This document shows, in pieces, positions 60,860 to 64,000 of a stretch of 64,000 nucleotides of DNA. The translations under genes were made by a program, and so were the position numbers. Under the pieces are notes generated by a model that was not told the origin of the DNA, made no database searches, and was given only the letters and a program-made list of their open reading frames with translations. The stretch covers positions 7,502,001 to 7,566,000 of the forward strand of contig OZ281501.1 of the NCBI GenBank assembly GCA_965637545.1. The letters are read 5' to 3'. Positions within the stretch are counted from its first letter, which is position 1, and each line of letters starts with the position of its first letter. Origin of the DNA: Phallusia mammillata (Eukaryota).

Positions 60860-63800
60860 CTTTTCTGCAAATAAAATCTTTTGTTTGATACTCTTAAACG
60901 CATTATAGCAGTAAGTTATATATTTCTTCCAGCTTATTTAACACACGGTGTGTAAATCGGTCTTTTGATCAATGTACTTTGCTAATTTTTGTGCACTTTT
61001 AACGTTTCTCGTACTTTATGGGTACGTTCTTCAGATGCTTGCTGAACAGTGTCTGCGACTAATTAAATTACTTCTGAATCACTCTCTACTTTTATGCTGA
61101 ATTTCGACATTTGGCAAAATGGGAATCGAAAACTTGGCACTTGTCATAAAAGGAGATTTGGGTTTTCAACATTTAGAAACGGTGATTTCTAATGCCAATT
61201 TAATTAAAATAAATGTCACAAATGACGCAGGGAAAAACTCCAAATGGTTTGTTTATATTTGCAATGCGAAACTTGCAGAACAACCTAACGAAACTCGTCA
61301 TACGATTTTCGAAAATACGTTAGTGAACTAATCCGAGGTTATTGATTTTATGTTCTTATCATATATAGGTCGTCATTAAAGTTTCAAACTCACGTTATTT
61401 TGAGCTAAAACGGAACACTTAATCTAGTTTCGTTGTTTTTTAAAAAGACTGCTGTAAAAGATATAGTTTTACCCTGGAAGCGACCTAAATGAAAAATCAG
61501 CACTTCGATAAAAAAGAAACATCTCTTACCTTTTGAAACTCGTCCTCCAGAAAGCTTATGACTTTGAATGACAACGGTCTGCTCCCCGTTACCTTTATAC
61601 GCGCGCAGGGGTTTGTCAAAAATCATAACAAGACGAGTGAGAGCATAAAAGATAAAGGGAAAGAGTGTGGTGGAGCTCCAAGCATTATGACGTGTCACGT
61701 TGTAGGACAAGTTCGTGTGATTTGGATGTCGCCTTTTCAGGTTGCTTCCTGGTAACACAACTCCTATTTGTGCTGCGAAAGGGGGCTTAGTAGTGCACGA
61801 CGTTACAGCGAGAACGGTTCTAATCTTCTAATCTTGCCCCTTGCGGTCCTTAGAAATTCTTTCATGGCTGCTATCAGATTTTTTCCGCTTACTGTTTTAT
61901 TTATCAGTGTTCCTTACCATTAGAAATAAATTTTGGAGATCAAAAATGCATTTTTACCAAAAACGTGGTTTAAATCCTAAATCGTGTGAATGATAAAGTC
62001 ATACCGGCGGCATTTTTACTTGCAAAGGCCATTCGCGCGTCGTTGCTTGAGGGTAGTTGCAACATTTTGTATTTGAAAATTACAGCCTGATAAAACCCTG
62101 CTACTTTTGCGATAAAGAGGCATCTCGCTGTTTTTAAAGTTAGTCCACAGTATTACCAAGAATAGAATAGTGCTAATGGTAATAAAATACATGGTCCTCT
62201 TATTGTTGCATATACGATTACACTGGCTATGTAAAAGTACAAAATTACAAAAGTACAAAATTACAATTTTTTTGTGTGAGAAACGTTGTTGCGAACAATT
62301 TAAAATTTCACATTGCAAACTTTAATTTTGGCAATCTTGAAATCTTAAATTTGGAATTTTTAAGATTTGTCAAGTGTGGATAATTATTGAAAGGTCAAAG
62401 CAAAAAAACTTCCAAAACACGCACTTAAATTTCGTCCATACATATTAAATTTCACGAATATAGATGAAATTTCATCGTGATTAAGATGTAATTACAAAAC
62501 CAAGTCAAAATTGCTAAAAGTAGCAATTTCATGTTTTTCATCAAATTTCAAACAAATTACTGTAGGTTGGTCTCGAAGGAACGTTTAGAAGGGCGAAGAC
62601 AAGTGATTAGAAAGCGCTCTTGGTAATTTGGTTTGCTTGAAAACAAGACACGTCATGTGATAATTGGTTTGTTTGTCGCTGTCCCATGCACGCACAGACA
62701 AGTATGGCCGGTGTAAATCACATTTTCGTTGTTTCTGCCTCGTCAAATGCATTTGTCTACAATAAAATGGCGGGAACGTTCAATACTACACCAGAGGATT
62801 CGTTTGTGCTATTACGTTAGCATGTACGTAAACCACAAAAATGCAAACTTTTGGTAAATGTAAATTAACATCATCTTTAGCATTTTTATTGGTAGAAAAT
62901 GTCCCTAATTATAAGCTATTGGTCACCGTTTAAACAACAAAATTTCACGTCTACTTAATTTTGTTAGTGTGCAATTTATAATCATGTTACTTCGCAGACA
63001 AAAAAATCGTTTAGAATAGTTACCAATTGAATTTCTTTTTAAAGTACGACTGGAAATATACACATTCAATGTACATAGCGATATCGCCCATGTGACGGTA
63101 AAGCCGATGCTTGTGCACTCCTTGTATAAACGTGTATGTAATTTGATGGACTATTCCATTGATCTTGAAGCAGCAGTAGTTCTATATCAGAATCAGTCAA
63201 CACAACTGTTTTTTAAAACACAACGTATATTTTACCCTTTGTGGGAATCATCAGTATTTCCTAGAAGATTCTTTTTTAAGAAGAGAGTGAGATCGAGTAA
63301 AATAATGCTAAAAGTTGCCGATTTTTTAAACCTTTTTTGTTGTGAATAACACTCAAAAGCTCTCCCGTAACCAAGTACTTGATCACTTAATGAGGAACTC
63401 AGATGAGATAAAGCAAATTTACTAAGAATTATCGTGACTATATCTACCGGGTTTGCTATACCAAAATCAAACCTAAACCGACGAAACAAATGTGTTGGAT
63501 TTAAAAATCAAAGCTTCTCAAAAAACTTGTTTTATTTAAATTTCACGTAAACTCTGTATTGCAAAAACGTAAAGAAAACAGTAAAAAGTGATTGTGAGAG
63601 AAAATGCGTTGTTAAATGGTGGATTTTCAATTTATGTTAAGCAAAACTACTTTCTACTTGGCAAAAAAAAACATTTTTAAACAAGATTGGTCTTTACGCC
63701 AGTGGAACGCACGTGTGTGCCTTTTTACCTGAAACCTTAAAATTACAGATAATGTGTTTTGTTTTAAAGTGCAGCAGTGGTACAGAAACTAAAAATAACA

Positions 63801-64000
63801 CGCAACAACGCTATATACCGATTGAGATCTGTAAAATGACAAAATCTAATAAATACCAGTGAAATCCGTGCGTCTCAAAAGATTATGAAACAGTGGCATG
63901 ACAAATTTGACAGTTGACTAAAAATATGCAGTAAAACCACCTGGCAATGAAATGTAACTGTTACATTGACGTATAAATAATAAAGTGACAACCATGGCCT

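Noticed and set aside
61119-63489. Several 65-117 aa ORFs upstream of the galaxin-like gene
   Set aside because: Alternative start codons or low-complexity AT-rich composition, no motifs and no consistent splice chain.
1-64000. CRISPR array, rRNA or tRNA genes, prokaryotic operons
   Set aside because: No regularly spaced repeat-spacer array or structural RNA signature; the sequence is intron-containing eukaryotic DNA.

Overview
Eukaryotic genomic DNA: AT-rich, compact, with GT-AG introns mostly 50-3000 bp. Gene content and intron sizes suggest an invertebrate, most plausibly an ascidian tunicate; this is inference only. Five spliced loci were reconstructed by hand from splice sites and reading phase. 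(1) A PDE9-like cGMP phosphodiesterase (+, 18.5-23.7 kb; 5' exons unresolved). (2) An ANKRD45-like ankyrin gene (-, 39.4-42.2 kb) with an extra basic terminal exon. (3) A head-to-head astacin metalloprotease (+, 43.1-45.1 kb) carrying an antistasin-like module inside its prodomain. (4) A tandem array of three small secreted amphipathic-helix genes (+, 45.7-51.7 kb; two intact, one damaged) that resemble vertebrate exchangeable apolipoproteins in size, charge pattern and intron phases. (5) A 13-exon galaxin-like di-cysteine repeat gene (-, 52.4-60.9 kb) with recently multiplied 72-nt cassette exons, one of which lies as an orphan upstream of the third apolipoprotein-like copy. Also present: several hAT-type MITEs with 8-bp target-site duplications, palindromic elements containing hammerhead-like cores, a perfect 30-bp hairpin, and decayed Cys/His-rich coding remnants. 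Most ORFs in the supplied track are spurious or antisense/off-frame shadows of exons. No CRISPR array, rRNA or tRNA gene was seen. All homology statements come from recalled sequences, not from database searches.
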